A stretch of 64,000 nucleotides of DNA from Candidatus Poribacteria bacterium (GTDB taxonomy: Bacteria > Poribacteria > WGA-4E > UBA9662), in assembly GCA_036339735.1 (NCBI GenBank), contig JAYZAL010000019.1, positions 1 to 64,000 of the forward strand, in the 5' to 3' direction. The notes below the pieces were generated by a model, which did not search any database, was not told the origin of the DNA, and worked only from the letters and a program-made list of their open reading frames with translations. A program made the translations under genes and the position numbers. This document shows, piece by piece, positions 29,530 to 40,102 of the stretch; within the stretch, counting starts at the first letter, position 1, and every line of letters begins with the position of its first letter.

Positions 29530-31496
29530 TCTTTATACTTCAGATTTTTATTGTTTGAAAGTAAGCAGATAGTAAATTCTGTACCTTGTTGTATCTGACT
29601 AGAAACGAAAATTTGACCCCCATGAGCTTCAACGATATTTTTCGCATTCAGCAAACCTAACCCTAAACCTTTTGGTTTAGTCGTATAAAAAGCTTCAAAA
29701 ATACGATTTAAATCATGGGGGGAAATTCCATATCCGGTATCTCTAATCGAAATACTTATCTTATCAGATGCCGTTTTCTGAGTTACAGATAAGGTAAGTG
29801 TTCCACCAGTCAACATGGATTGGCAAGCATTTTTCATCAGATTAATCAAGGCTAATTGGAATTGGTTTTGGTCAACAACAATAGTTGGTAGCTCATCAGG
29901 GTAATTGAATTTGACTCGTATCCTGTTGTCCTCCACCAAGGAACGAGTGGCTTCAAGTGCAGATTCAATAATTAGTTCAAGGCTGCAAGCTGTTAAATCT
30001 AGACTTTGATTCTGGAAAAAGCTCAAATCTCGCTCAATCATCTGATCAAGTTGGGACAAAGCAGTAATAGCTGAATCCATTTCTGACACGATTAAATCGG
30101 GCTTTTGCTTAAATTTGAGAGGATCCCCTTTTCGGAAATTATTCTTTACCATTTCCAATGGAGCTTGTACAAGATTCAGAGCATTTCGAAGCTCATGCCG
30201 GACACGGGCGGCCATTATACCAAAAACTGCTTCTTTTTCCGATCTTACAAGTTGTTGTTGGGTCAATTGTAGTTGAATCAAAGTCGAACGTAAACGGAGA
30301 TAACCAAGCAGTAATATAGTCAAAATCCCTGCTGATAAAATAGATAAAGATAACGCCGTAATATTGACCCAAATTTGGAATAGAGTTAATAGCAAAATGG
30401 CTAACATCCCATGTCCCATCAAAAGACCCATTAAACCTATTATGAATAGCTGTTGTTGATCTAGATGATATGACCAACTTGCTATAACAAATAACAAGAT
30501 ACAGAATATGGCAAAATAACAACCAGTCACTAATGGTGTCATCTGCCAAACGTAGCGCTTGCATAGTAGAGCATTCATTAGATTAGCTCGTAAGCCGAGT
30601 GCTGTCACTGCACCAACAGTTGTTTGTGCAGTGGGTTGATTATTTGAGGCAACACCAATCAGGGCGATTTTATCAGTAAATTGTTGACCAGATTCTACAG
30701 ATTTCAGAATATCAACAAAACTAGATGTAGGGTAATGATTGTTATCCAAGTATGGAAAAAAACAACGACCGCTAGTACTAATGGGTATGGAAATAGGACT
30801 TGGTTTTGCTGCAATCTGCAGGTATGGCCCCTTCCACCAACTTTGTTTTAGTTGAACCTGGCTAATCGAAACACCTAAGGATTGGCAGAGCAAGTGAATT
30901 TCGATGGAGTATTGGTAATGTTGATCTGGAAGCTCTGTTAAAACCAGTTGAGCCGAACGGTAAACTCCATCTGTGGAACCGCGATGATAGCGGCTGAAAC
31001 TAGATCGGTTGGTTAATCTGCTAAAAGAATTCGGCAGTTCAGCCCAAGATGAGATTGTAGGCAAACCTTCAGCCGATTGAGATTGATTGAACTCAACATA
31101 AGTTTGAATTAAGAATAAGTTATCTATTGGTTGTACTTTATCCAATTCCACTACGTCCCATTCTTGATTGAATCTCATGATAATTGCAATAGCCTCAGCT
31201 GCAGATATAGAATCAATCAAAGTTTGATAAATATACGCGGCCCAAGGTAGAGGACCAATCCCATTTTCTGATTGACTTTTTTCATCAATACTAATTAGTC
31301 TAAGTTTTGGATGTGCTCGATCAGGTGTGATTAGACGCAGTCTAGCATCTAGTGTTTTTAGTTCAATCAAGTGGATTAAGTCAAAATCACGTACTAAAAA
31401 GAAAAGTAGAAATGGAAACAGACAAACCAGTTGTAGATAACACCAAGTCTTTACTGATTTGAATCGTAGAGGATTTAACCGATCAACGGTGTCCAT
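29526..31496 (-). CDS. CHASE2-domain sensor histidine kinase
   Basis: 'ELKTLDARLRL..LISIDEKS' CHASE2 start, 3 TMs, H-box 'RHELRNAL', N/G boxes 'NLMKNA', 'DTGYGI', 'GLGLGL'. Confidence 0.9.
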   Translation of the reverse strand: MDTVDRLNPLRFKSVKTWCYLQLVCLFPFLLFFLVRDFDLIHLIELKTLDARLRLITPDRAHPKLRLISIDEKSQSENGIGPLPWAAYIYQTLIDSISAAEAIAIIMRFNQEWDVVELDKVQPIDNLFLIQTYVEFNQSQSAEGLPTISSWAELPNSFSRLTNRSSFSRYHRGSTDGVYRSAQLVLTELPDQHYQYSIEIHLLCQSLGVSISQVQLKQSWWKGPYLQIAAKPSPISIPISTSGRCFFPYLDNNHYPTSSFVDILKSVESGQQFTDKIALIGVASNNQPTAQTTVGAVTALGLRANLMNALLCKRYVWQMTPLVTGCYFAIFCILLFVIASWSYHLDQQQLFIIGLMGLLMGHGMLAILLLTLFQIWVNITALSLSILSAGILTILLLGYLRLRSTLIQLQLTQQQLVRSEKEAVFGIMAARVRHELRNALNLVQAPLEMVKNNFRKGDPLKFKQKPDLIVSEMDSAITALSQLDQMIERDLSFFQNQSLDLTACSLELIIESALEATRSLVEDNRIRVKFNYPDELPTIVVDQNQFQLALINLMKNACQSMLTGGTLTLSVTQKTASDKISISIRDTGYGISPHDLNRIFEAFYTTKPKGLGLGLLNAKNIVEAHGGQIFVSSQIQQGTEFTICLLSNNKNLKYKE

Positions 31497-32403
31497 TGGA
31501 TTGGGAAGCCGAGTACCAACCGGTGGTGAAATTCCAGTTGGGCGAAAATTGGATAGCTAACCAAATACGATCTTTAGGTAAAGAATTGGGAGGTTTGTGC
31601 TGAACTAGAGACGTATTAGCAGAAATTTTTTTCCATTCAGCAGGCTGTAGACCACTATCAAACAGAATTTTTAGATTGCCACTTTGGTCTACATCCAGTT
31701 GTGTAGGTATTTTGAAATAGTACAGAAGTTGTGCATAGAGAAAACCTAAATTTGAGAAATCTGAATGAACTCCCTGGGCAATATCTACTTTGGTACAAAA
31801 TGGATAAAGAAGTTGTGCTAGCTGAATATTATGAGACGGATAGTTGCCCATGCTTCCACTGAATGTTGGGGATGGAAACTGAGTTATAATCTCAATCGGA
31901 AGATCGCCTAAATGCTGACGGAATTGTGCCAATTTTTCCCGATCAATCGACTCTAGATATTTGCTCTTTTTTCTTGTCTCAGACGGTATCGGTTTGCTTT
32001 CTAAGGGTAATACATCCAAAGCCGGTTGGCCACTCAAACTTTGATTAATATTTCGGCTTTTCCGCCTTCGGTCAAATCCTGACCGAATTAGGTCAATAAC
32101 TTTACTTTCCCGCCCACCTGGTAATGTCGGTAATAAATCTTGGTCATTATATTTGAGGCGTAATAAACCACGTGGGGGAATTCGGACAAGATCCTGATCA
32201 TTGACAAAATCTCCCCGACGAAGGAATACCCAAACCTTATTTTCGGTTGGATCACTAGCCTGAAGGACCTCAATTTTACCAAAAGTAAAAAGAATTCGAT
32301 GAGAAGCAATTGCCGAAGAAGAAATTAATAGAAGAACCATAACTATCAATAAATAGCAAAAAACCATAAAGCCATTCTTCGGTTTGGACATCGATAATAT
32401 CAT
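31483..32403 (-). CDS. Exported protein: FecR-like N-terminal segment plus degenerate transglutaminase-like domain
   Basis: Signal peptide, 'GKIEV..W..LRRGDFV..QDLVRI' beta-rich segment; C-terminal part aligns by eye with the neighbouring transglutaminase-like domain. Confidence 0.55.
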   Translation of the reverse strand: MILSMSKPKNGFMVFCYLLIVMVLLLISSSAIASHRILFTFGKIEVLQASDPTENKVWVFLRRGDFVNDQDLVRIPPRGLLRLKYNDQDLLPTLPGGRESKVIDLIRSGFDRRRKSRNINQSLSGQPALDVLPLESKPIPSETRKKSKYLESIDREKLAQFRQHLGDLPIEIITQFPSPTFSGSMGNYPSHNIQLAQLLYPFCTKVDIAQGVHSDFSNLGFLYAQLLYYFKIPTQLDVDQSGNLKILFDSGLQPAEWKKISANTSLVQHKPPNSLPKDRIWLAIQFSPNWNFTTGWYSASQSNGHR

Positions 32404-32405
32404 AC

Positions 32406-34673
32406 TTATTTCTCCTCAGAATTGAAATTAGAACTCATGTTTTGGTCGAAATAGTTTACCAAAGAGTGATTGAGATCAGACTCCATTCGGCTTTTTATCG
32501 TATCAAAGTCGAACGGAAAAATTGCTTCCGAATGATGTAAAGTGTTAGCCCCATACTTTTCCCATGCTTGGCCTACAGTCACGGAATTCGTCACTTCTAA
32601 CTGATTCAGTTGATTTAAGGCACCTTGCCATGCAGCAACAAAACCAGAATTAATTAAGGTCGTTTCAATTGGAATCCAAACAAAGCCGTTAATAGGCAAA
32701 TAAATATCGGGCAATGACATAGCTTGAGCCATTTCAATCGAAATATTGTCTAATTGGAATGCCATTAATACATGATTGGGTAATTGAATTAGAGCAGTTT
32801 TGATACCAACTGATTCAAGCAAGGTACAATATAGTACTGTACTATCATCGCAATCGCCGAAGATAACATCAGACTCTTCATTTCTACTGGTGTACATATT
32901 ACTATTTGATAGTCGTTCTAGCATTTCGAAAGGGTAGATGATCTTGTCTACCGTTCCACTTTCAAAAGGTATATTTGGGTCTTTAGTGTAGGAAAAACCG
33001 TATAAAGCATCAAATAATACTAAAGCCATTGACAGATCTGTGGGTAAAGAATTCGATTTTATCCTAGAACCAAAAGCTGTTTGTACCTGATCAATAAAAC
33101 TACGAATACCAGGGTCATCATAGGAAATGAAAGAACTAAGTTTCCCTATGTCATCTAGACGTGTTGATTGGTTTCCATGCAAGACTAATTGAGCCGATAG
33201 CAGACGATACGCGGTCCCACCGATTTCAGTCACTTTAATTTTAGCCTCCACGGTTTGCGCCTGACTCATCTGAATTGCTTGACGCGTTAGTACAATTTGT
33301 CTCAATGGGATCGACATGCGCTTGAGTGGTGGAACCACGACCTGGCTAGCAACTTCTGAGCCACTTTCACTTATGAATTCAGGGACAAACAATTCGACCC
33401 GAACTTCTTGTGGCTTTGAACTTTCATTTCTGAGCCAAATTCGACCAATTGTGTCTTCAGGCATCATTGGATAGTAACGATCAAGATCTGCTACGCTCAA
33501 AATCGTGGGTTGGTTGGGATTATCCAAGACCTGCTCTGAAGCAAATCTGTTGGTTTGAGCATAAAAGTTATAGTGAACCGGATAAAGATGATTTAACCGC
33601 ACTTGTTCGATCTCAACTGGTAGAGTCCTACGATCCAAACGGAGTGAAAATTGGGCGTAGGTTGTGGGAGGCAGGTCACTTGGTATCAAATAAGCCCAAT
33701 CAAATCTGAAAGTCTTATATTGGAAGTGTACACCCATCGTTAATGTAGGTCTTAATTGACTTTGAGCCGAAAGCTGACGATACAAACCAGTACGAAACCC
33801 CAAATACGGGTTAGGTTTATATTCAATACCAATATTCAACCGATCAGATATGTCAGCAGAAAACTGTAATTGGGAGGAACGTTGATAACCCAAACCAAAG
33901 TGAAGTTTAGGTGAACGGTATTTTTCAACAACACCTGTGTCATGACGGATCCAAGTTCCCCAGATAGAATTAGGTTGTAAGCCAATATCTAAAATATCAG
34001 TCACCACGAAACCAAAAGCCCAACTAGGGTTAATTTTCGATTGAGTCCAGGTACGCTGAGGTCGATTTAGCAATCTAAACCAAATAGGCGACAATAAGTT
34101 CGTTCGAAACACGGACTGACGAACATGAAATAATACACCTACGTCTGTTCCCCACCCAATTTCCGATCCCCTTAACCTTCCGTCTAAGCTTGCTGTGTTA
34201 GTTAGATACTTAAGATTTAATCCTGCGGAGAACCAATTTGTTAATGAGTAACTATAAGAAAAATGAAAAAGATTCTTACTAACCATCAGTTCATCATCAT
34301 CGAGTGCTGTTTGATTCCAGTTGAGGCCAAGTGCTAATCGATCTGATAAAGGGAAGACACTAGAAAGTTGGTTAGTCTCCAAGATTTGAAACAAACGAGA
34401 CGGTGAATGTTCAAATCCTAGATAATATTGGCCGTATTTAGCCAAATTAGCGGGGTTCTTGAGGCTATTGGCATCTGAAAAAACGGCTATACCACTATCA
34501 CCTTTTCCGATTGTTGAGGCTTGACTAAGATAGTTAGCCTGAGCTAGAAAAACAGTTGATAATAATAAAATGAGACAGTACAGATACCTCGGCCATACCA
34601 GATAAAAAATCCGAAACCAATATTTCAGAAGATGTTGTGTGAAAATCGGTGAATCAGAAGTTAGATAGGACAC
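32406..34673 (-). CDS. PorV/PorQ-like outer-membrane barrel fused to a transglutaminase-like domain (start approximate)
   Basis: '[24 protein letters not shown]' barrel N-terminus and amphipathic strands; C-terminal 'GDCDD', 'PNHVLM', 'WIPIETT' (Cys-His-Glu). GTG at 34673 chosen to limit overlap with hemL. Confidence 0.7.
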   Translation of the reverse strand: MSYLTSDSPIFTQHLLKYWFRIFYLVWPRYLYCLILLLSTVFLAQANYLSQASTIGKGDSGIAVFSDANSLKNPANLAKYGQYYLGFEHSPSRLFQILETNQLSSVFPLSDRLALGLNWNQTALDDDELMVSKNLFHFSYSYSLTNWFSAGLNLKYLTNTASLDGRLRGSEIGWGTDVGVLFHVRQSVFRTNLLSPIWFRLLNRPQRTWTQSKINPSWAFGFVVTDILDIGLQPNSIWGTWIRHDTGVVEKYRSPKLHFGLGYQRSSQLQFSADISDRLNIGIEYKPNPYLGFRTGLYRQLSAQSQLRPTLTMGVHFQYKTFRFDWAYLIPSDLPPTTYAQFSLRLDRRTLPVEIEQVRLNHLYPVHYNFYAQTNRFASEQVLDNPNQPTILSVADLDRYYPMMPEDTIGRIWLRNESSKPQEVRVELFVPEFISESGSEVASQVVVPPLKRMSIPLRQIVLTRQAIQMSQAQTVEAKIKVTEIGGTAYRLLSAQLVLHGNQSTRLDDIGKLSSFISYDDPGIRSFIDQVQTAFGSRIKSNSLPTDLSMALVLFDALYGFSYTKDPNIPFESGTVDKIIYPFEMLERLSNSNMYTSRNEESDVIFGDCDDSTVLYCTLLESVGIKTALIQLPNHVLMAFQLDNISIEMAQAMSLPDIYLPINGFVWIPIETTLINSGFVAAWQGALNQLNQLEVTNSVTVGQAWEKYGANTLHHSEAIFPFDFDTIKSRMESDLNHSLVNYFDQNMSSNFNSEEK

Positions 34674-35958
34674 GGTCAACGGCGGAAATCGTCGTCTCAA
34701 TGTCTTTTTCTGTATGGGCAATAGATACAAAAGCTGCTTCAAATTGGGAGGGAGCAATGTATACGCCTTGATTTAATAAACCCCAGAAGAACTCAGCGAA
34801 TCGGTCAGTGTCTGAAGTCTTAGCCGAGGCAAAGTCGGTAACAGCCTGATCAGTAAAAAAGCAACTCAGCATTGATCCAACCCGGCTGTGATAGCTAGGA
34901 ATTCGATATTTATGGCTAATATGTTTGATGCCTTCAGCTAGTATAGAAGATATGTTTTCTAATGTCTCATAAAAATTAGGAGATTTGAGTGCAGTTAAAG
35001 TTTCAATCCCTGCGGCCATAGCCAAAGGGTTCCCCGAGAGAGTACCAGCTTGGTAAACTTCCCCAACAGGAGCTACTTTAGACATAATTTCTCGTCGGCC
35101 ACCATAAGCACCGACAGGTAATCCACCACCAATGATTTTTCCTAAACAGGTAATATCAGGATTCACATCATATAATTCCTGTGCTCCACCATAAGACACA
35201 CGAAACCCAGACATTACCTCATCAAAAACCAACAACACTCCATGTTCTTCGGTGATTTCGCGTAACTCTTGCAAGTAACCATCTCTTGGCGGGATAACAC
35301 CCATGTTACCCGTTACTGGTTCTAAAATTATACAAGATACATCGTCAGAATTATCCTTGATTGCCTTTCGCACAGCTTCAGCATTGTTAAAAGGAACAGT
35401 CAGAGTAAGCTTCGCAAAATCTTCTGGTACCCCGGCACTATCTGACAAACCAAAAGTAGTTATTCCAGAACCAGCTTTAGCTAGTAGGTAATCTGCATGA
35501 CCGTGATAGCACCCTTCTACTTTAATGATTTTATCTCGCTTTGTATAGCCACGAGCCAATCGAATAGCGCTCATTGTAGCTTCAGTACCAGAATTGACCA
35601 TGCGTACCATCTCAATTGACGGAACTGCCGAAATGATTAATTCCGCTAATTGTGTTTCCAGCGGTGTTGGCGCTCCGTAACTTGTACCGTTTTGCATGGT
35701 TCTTTGCAAAGCTGATAAAACTGTTTCATTGGAATGGCCCAAAATCATCGGCCCCCAAGAGCCAATGTAATCAATGTAACTATTACCATCAACATCAACT
35801 ATACTTGAGCCTTTTGCGCTGGAAATGAAAGGGGGACTTCCACCCACAGATCGAAACGCTCGCACAGGACTATTGACGCCGCCAGGAATAAGTTTTTGGG
35901 CTGATTCCCACTCTTTTTCAGAAATTTTACTTTGTCGAATAGGTTGACTCACGATCAT
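34654..35958 (-). CDS. hemL: Glutamate-1-semialdehyde 2,1-aminomutase
   Basis: '[11 protein letters not shown]', 'NSGTEATM', 'GCYHGH', 'FDEVM', '[15 protein letters not shown]'. Confidence 0.98.
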   Translation of the reverse strand: MIVSQPIRQSKISEKEWESAQKLIPGGVNSPVRAFRSVGGSPPFISSAKGSSIVDVDGNSYIDYIGSWGPMILGHSNETVLSALQRTMQNGTSYGAPTPLETQLAELIISAVPSIEMVRMVNSGTEATMSAIRLARGYTKRDKIIKVEGCYHGHADYLLAKAGSGITTFGLSDSAGVPEDFAKLTLTVPFNNAEAVRKAIKDNSDDVSCIILEPVTGNMGVIPPRDGYLQELREITEEHGVLLVFDEVMSGFRVSYGGAQELYDVNPDITCLGKIIGGGLPVGAYGGRREIMSKVAPVGEVYQAGTLSGNPLAMAAGIETLTALKSPNFYETLENISSILAEGIKHISHKYRIPSYHSRVGSMLSCFFTDQAVTDFASAKTSDTDRFAEFFWGLLNQGVYIAPSQFEAAFVSIAHTEKDIETTISAVDRVLSNF

Positions 35959-36195
35959 TTCCTTTTCAGTTTACTCTTATAATCAGTTGTCGCCAGTACA
36001 TTCCAGCATATTATTTTGAATTAGTCTTTCTGAAGCAACTTAGCTTGTAGATAAAAACACCCTGATTGTAACTAAAAACCATCAAAGAAACAACAATTTA
36101 AAACTTTTCTAGTCGTCGTGAAATGAACAGATCCACACCATAGCAACCATACATAGATCTAGATAACCATTATCCAATAGGCTATAATCATTCTC

Positions 36196-38112
36196 ATGAT
36201 TAACCATTCACCAAACGATAAAAAGAAATCACTAGTTGGGAGTAGTTGGCGGTCAATATGCCTTGGCACACTTCTGATTATTCCCAACACATACTGGATT
36301 GTCGATTCAGGTGGACAGGGCTTTCCAACAACAGTTTCTCTCTATTACAACGTCATTTTTTGCATATTCTCCTTAGTAGGATTCAATTGGTTTATCTCTA
36401 AAATAAACTATAGCTGGGCCATGAAGCAAAGCGAATTATTGACTATTTACATGATGCTAGCAATCGCCTCCTCTCTAGCTGGTCATGATGTAATGAGAGT
36501 TCTAATACCCATGATTCCTTATCCTTTTTGGTATGCTACTTCAGAAAACGATTGGTCTGGTTTATTTCACCGATTTATACCAGACTGGATAGCCATCAAG
36601 GACAAAGAATTTTTAGTTGATTATTACAGGGGAGAATCCTCTTTTTACAGGTGGGAAATCATCGAAGTCTGGCTAACACCAATACTGGTATGGGGTGGAT
36701 TTTTAGCAGTAATGGTCTTTTTAATGATTTGTATAAACAGTGTAGTACGAAAACAATGGACCGAAAACGAAAAGTTAAGCTATCCAATTATCCAACTTCC
36801 GCTTGAGATGACTTATGGTGGTGGACTGACCGGTGTACTTAAACTAAAAACCTTATGGTTAGGTTTCCTTGCTGCTGGAACTATTGACATCCTCAATGGT
36901 TTACATCATTTATTTCCCTACGTACCTAGTTTGGGTGGAAAACTCTACGACCTAAAGCCTTTTTTTAGCCAGCGACCTTGGAGTGCCGTCGGTTGGACCC
37001 CGATTGCGGTTTTCCCATTTGCTGTTGGTTTGGCATTTTTCATCCCTTTGGATCTTTCTTTCTCATGTTGGTTTTTCTATTTATTTTGGAAAGTGGAAAG
37101 AATTGCAGGTGATGCGTTAGGCTTACGGACTATGCCAAATTTTCCTTTTGTTGATGAACAATCTTTTGGTGCTTACATCGGTTTATTTATAATTGCTGTC
37201 TACACTTCCAGGGAACACTTGAAAAGAATTTTTAGCAAAGTTGCTTTTAATGATCCAAGAGTAGATGATAGCAAAGAACCAATGTCATACCGGTTAATGG
37301 TCATAGGATCAACCCTCTCGATCTTGGCCATAGTTCTTTTCTGCAACGCAGCTGGAATGTCTATTTGGGTTGTTGTCATATTCTTTGGTATATACTACGC
37401 CGTTTCTACTGCTGTAACACGAATGAGAGCTGAACTTGGCTCACCCGTTCATGACCTACACTTTATTGGTCCAGATGAAATGATGCCACGTATATTCGGT
37501 ACCCGATTACTAGGTCCCAATAATTTAACTATGTTCGCTTATTTGTTTTTCTTTAATCGAGCTTACCGAGGTCATCCAATGCCCCATATTTTGGAAGGAT
37601 TTAAACTGGCCGAAAGATCAAACATGAAAAATCATCGCTTGATATTAGCAATGATAATTGCTATTTGCGTTGGCATTTTTTCAACCTTCTGGTCGTTTTA
37701 CCACGTTTCTTATTTGGAAGGAGCACTGGATTGGTTTGCTGATCGGCCATTTAACAGATTACAAAGTTGGTTGACAGTTCCACGTCCCCCTGACATACCT
37801 GCTATAGCCTCTATTTTCGTTGGTTTAGGTCTTACGTTTCTTCTTATGTTAATGAGGATGAATATATTCTGGTGGCCACTTCATCCCGCGGGTTTCGCCA
37901 TCTCTAGCAGTTGGTCAATGAATGTATTTTGGTTTTCAATCCTAGTTAGCTCTATCTTGAAATTGATAATCTTAAAACATGGGGGGATGGGAACGCACAG
38001 AAAGGTTACACCTTTTTTCCTAGGACTGATTCTTGGCGAATTTATTGTTGGTGGTATTTGGAGTTTGATCGGAATTTCGATCGACCGACCTATGTACCGA
38101 TTTCTATTTTAA
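36196..38112 (+). CDS. Multi-TM membrane protein, DUF6785/DUF6784 (OPT-like transporter) type
   Basis: 'RKQW.ENEKLSYPIIQLP', 'EPMSYR', 'RMRAELG', 'WWPLHPAGF', 'PFFLGLILGE'. Confidence 0.75.
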   Translation: MINHSPNDKKKSLVGSSWRSICLGTLLIIPNTYWIVDSGGQGFPTTVSLYYNVIFCIFSLVGFNWFISKINYSWAMKQSELLTIYMMLAIASSLAGHDVMRVLIPMIPYPFWYATSENDWSGLFHRFIPDWIAIKDKEFLVDYYRGESSFYRWEIIEVWLTPILVWGGFLAVMVFLMICINSVVRKQWTENEKLSYPIIQLPLEMTYGGGLTGVLKLKTLWLGFLAAGTIDILNGLHHLFPYVPSLGGKLYDLKPFFSQRPWSAVGWTPIAVFPFAVGLAFFIPLDLSFSCWFFYLFWKVERIAGDALGLRTMPNFPFVDEQSFGAYIGLFIIAVYTSREHLKRIFSKVAFNDPRVDDSKEPMSYRLMVIGSTLSILAIVLFCNAAGMSIWVVVIFFGIYYAVSTAVTRMRAELGSPVHDLHFIGPDEMMPRIFGTRLLGPNNLTMFAYLFFFNRAYRGHPMPHILEGFKLAERSNMKNHRLILAMIIAICVGIFSTFWSFYHVSYLEGALDWFADRPFNRLQSWLTVPRPPDIPAIASIFVGLGLTFLLMLMRMNIFWWPLHPAGFAISSSWSMNVFWFSILVSSILKLIILKHGGMGTHRKVTPFFLGLILGEFIVGGIWSLIGISIDRPMYRFLF

Positions 38113-38145
38113 AGTTGAAATATTAGAAAATAATCGGAGGTGTAG

Positions 38146-38955
38146 ATGACAACTCAAACTTCAGAAATTAAGTGTCGTTTAGAGATAGCTAAGTCAATCG
38201 CTCATCAAGCTGGAAAGGTTACACTTCAGCATTTCCAACAGACAAAACTGTCAGTTGAACGGAAATCCGACGACTCACCCGTCACTATTGCTGATCGATC
38301 TGCGGAACTTTTGATGAGACAGGAAATACAGTCCCATTTTCCCAAAGATGCTATTCTGGGTGAAGAATTCGAAAACATGTCAGGCAATTCGGGCTACCAA
38401 TGGATCTTAGATCCAATTGACGGAACAAAATCTTTCATCTGCGGCATACCACTGTATAGTACATTGGTTGGTATAGAGTACCAAGGTGCGGCGGTCATCG
38501 GAGTTATTCATCTACCAGCCTTGAATGAAACCGTCTACGCTAGTCGGTCTCAGGGGGCTTGGCATCTAATAGGAAGTAATGCACCTATACCGGCCAGAGT
38601 GTCAAATCGCTCTTTGGACAATGGTTGCTTAGTTACTTCACAAATTGATCTATTTGAACACACCAATCGGAAAGATGCCTACAGACAATTAGAACAAAAA
38701 GCTTATATTACTCGTACTTGGGGTGATGGTTATGGCTATCTGCTGGTCTCAACTGGCCGTGTAGAAGTAATGATAGATCCACTAATGGAAATATGGGATG
38801 CGGCGGCAATCCAGCCAATAATTGAAGAAGCAGGAGGTACTTTTACTGACTGGCAAGGAAACCCTGTCTTTACTAGTGGAGAAGGTATTGGTACAAATGG
38901 TTTAGTCGCCAAAGAAGTTCTTGAAATTACCCGTCAATACTCAAATAAACCTTGA
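38146..38955 (+). CDS. hisN: Histidinol-phosphatase, inositol monophosphatase family
   Basis: 'KSDDSPVTIADR', 'GEE', 'WILDPIDGTKSF', 'WDAAA'. Confidence 0.8.
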   Translation: MTTQTSEIKCRLEIAKSIAHQAGKVTLQHFQQTKLSVERKSDDSPVTIADRSAELLMRQEIQSHFPKDAILGEEFENMSGNSGYQWILDPIDGTKSFICGIPLYSTLVGIEYQGAAVIGVIHLPALNETVYASRSQGAWHLIGSNAPIPARVSNRSLDNGCLVTSQIDLFEHTNRKDAYRQLEQKAYITRTWGDGYGYLLVSTGRVEVMIDPLMEIWDAAAIQPIIEEAGGTFTDWQGNPVFTSGEGIGTNGLVAKEVLEITRQYSNKP

Positions 38956-38987
38956 GATCTTAATGTTGGCGAGCTCCATCCTTAGTT

Positions 38988-40094
38988 ATGAATACTTCAC
39001 TACTTCAATTTCAGAAAAGGTTATTGGGTTGGTTCTCTATTCACCAGCGAAATCTACCTTGGCGCCAAACCAATGATCCTTATTGCATTTGGGTTTCTGA
39101 GGTAATGCTTCAGCAAACTCGAGTTAATACTGTTATTGATTATTATCATCGATTTTTAGATAAATTTCCAACCATCAAACATTTGGCTGATTCTGATCTT
39201 GATGATGTGCTTAAAATTTGGGAAGGTCTTGGTTACTATGCTCGCGCCAGAAATTTAAAACGGGCCGCCGAAATCGTAGTTTTCGAACTGGAAGGATGCA
39301 TACCAAATAACTATCGCCAATTTCAGCAATTACCAGGTGTTGGAGACTATATTGCGTCTGCGGTTCAAAGCATTGCCTTCGGTAAACCTGTAGCCGCAGT
39401 AGATGGAAATGTGAAACGTGTCCTGGCTCGTCTATACCGTCGAACTGAACCCACCAATGTCGCTAAATTCAATAAAATATTTCAGGAATTAGCAGATAAA
39501 CTACTTGTAACTAATCAACCTGGTACACATAATCAAGCCTTGATGGAATTAGGTGCAATGGTTTGCCGTCCGAAATCACCGACTTGCCTAGTGTGCCCAG
39601 TACAGAATTCGTGCGATGCTCATCAAAAATTAGAGGTTGGTCTTTTTCCTGTTCGTCAAGCTAAAAAGAAAAGGCCAGAACAACGGTTGGTTTCTAGTAT
39701 TTTTATCAACTGTAACAATGAAGTTCTCGTTGTTCAACGTCCACTAAAAGGTTTGCTCGGTGGCCTCTGGGAGTTTCCTAACCATCATATTGGCCAGTCG
39801 GCTGATTTAGTGAGAGCTTGTAAAGAATTGGCTGTTGACCTGTTCAACATAAAAGAAGTTTCATACTCGCTGACTTATCTAACCCAAATAAAACATGCCT
39901 ATACTCACTTTCAAGTGGTTGTTGATGTTTTCTTCTGCTATCTTAGTACAGATCCGAGTCTTCAGGCTTTAGACTTCAAAAACTGGACCAGTGCTCAGTG
40001 GAAAACTATTGAAGAGTTAGATCAATTAGCACTTACCGGTATTTCTAATAAATTGATCCCTATACTCAAAAAATCATCCCACCTTAATTCCTAG
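38988..40094 (+). CDS. mutY: A/G-specific adenine glycosylase
   Basis: 'WVSEVMLQQT', 'GLGYYARARNL', HhH 'LPGVGDY', Fe-S motif CX6CX2CX5C, NUDIX-like tail. Confidence 0.97.
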   Translation: MNTSLLQFQKRLLGWFSIHQRNLPWRQTNDPYCIWVSEVMLQQTRVNTVIDYYHRFLDKFPTIKHLADSDLDDVLKIWEGLGYYARARNLKRAAEIVVFELEGCIPNNYRQFQQLPGVGDYIASAVQSIAFGKPVAAVDGNVKRVLARLYRRTEPTNVAKFNKIFQELADKLLVTNQPGTHNQALMELGAMVCRPKSPTCLVCPVQNSCDAHQKLEVGLFPVRQAKKKRPEQRLVSSIFINCNNEVLVVQRPLKGLLGGLWEFPNHHIGQSADLVRACKELAVDLFNIKEVSYSLTYLTQIKHAYTHFQVVVDVFFCYLSTDPSLQALDFKNWTSAQWKTIEELDQLALTGISNKLIPILKKSSHLNS

Positions 40095-40102
40095 GCAAAG
40101 AC

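Noticed and set aside
34674-34757. Long N-terminal extension of the barrel ORF into hemL
   Set aside because: About 100 nt of overlap with a conserved gene; a later start is more plausible.
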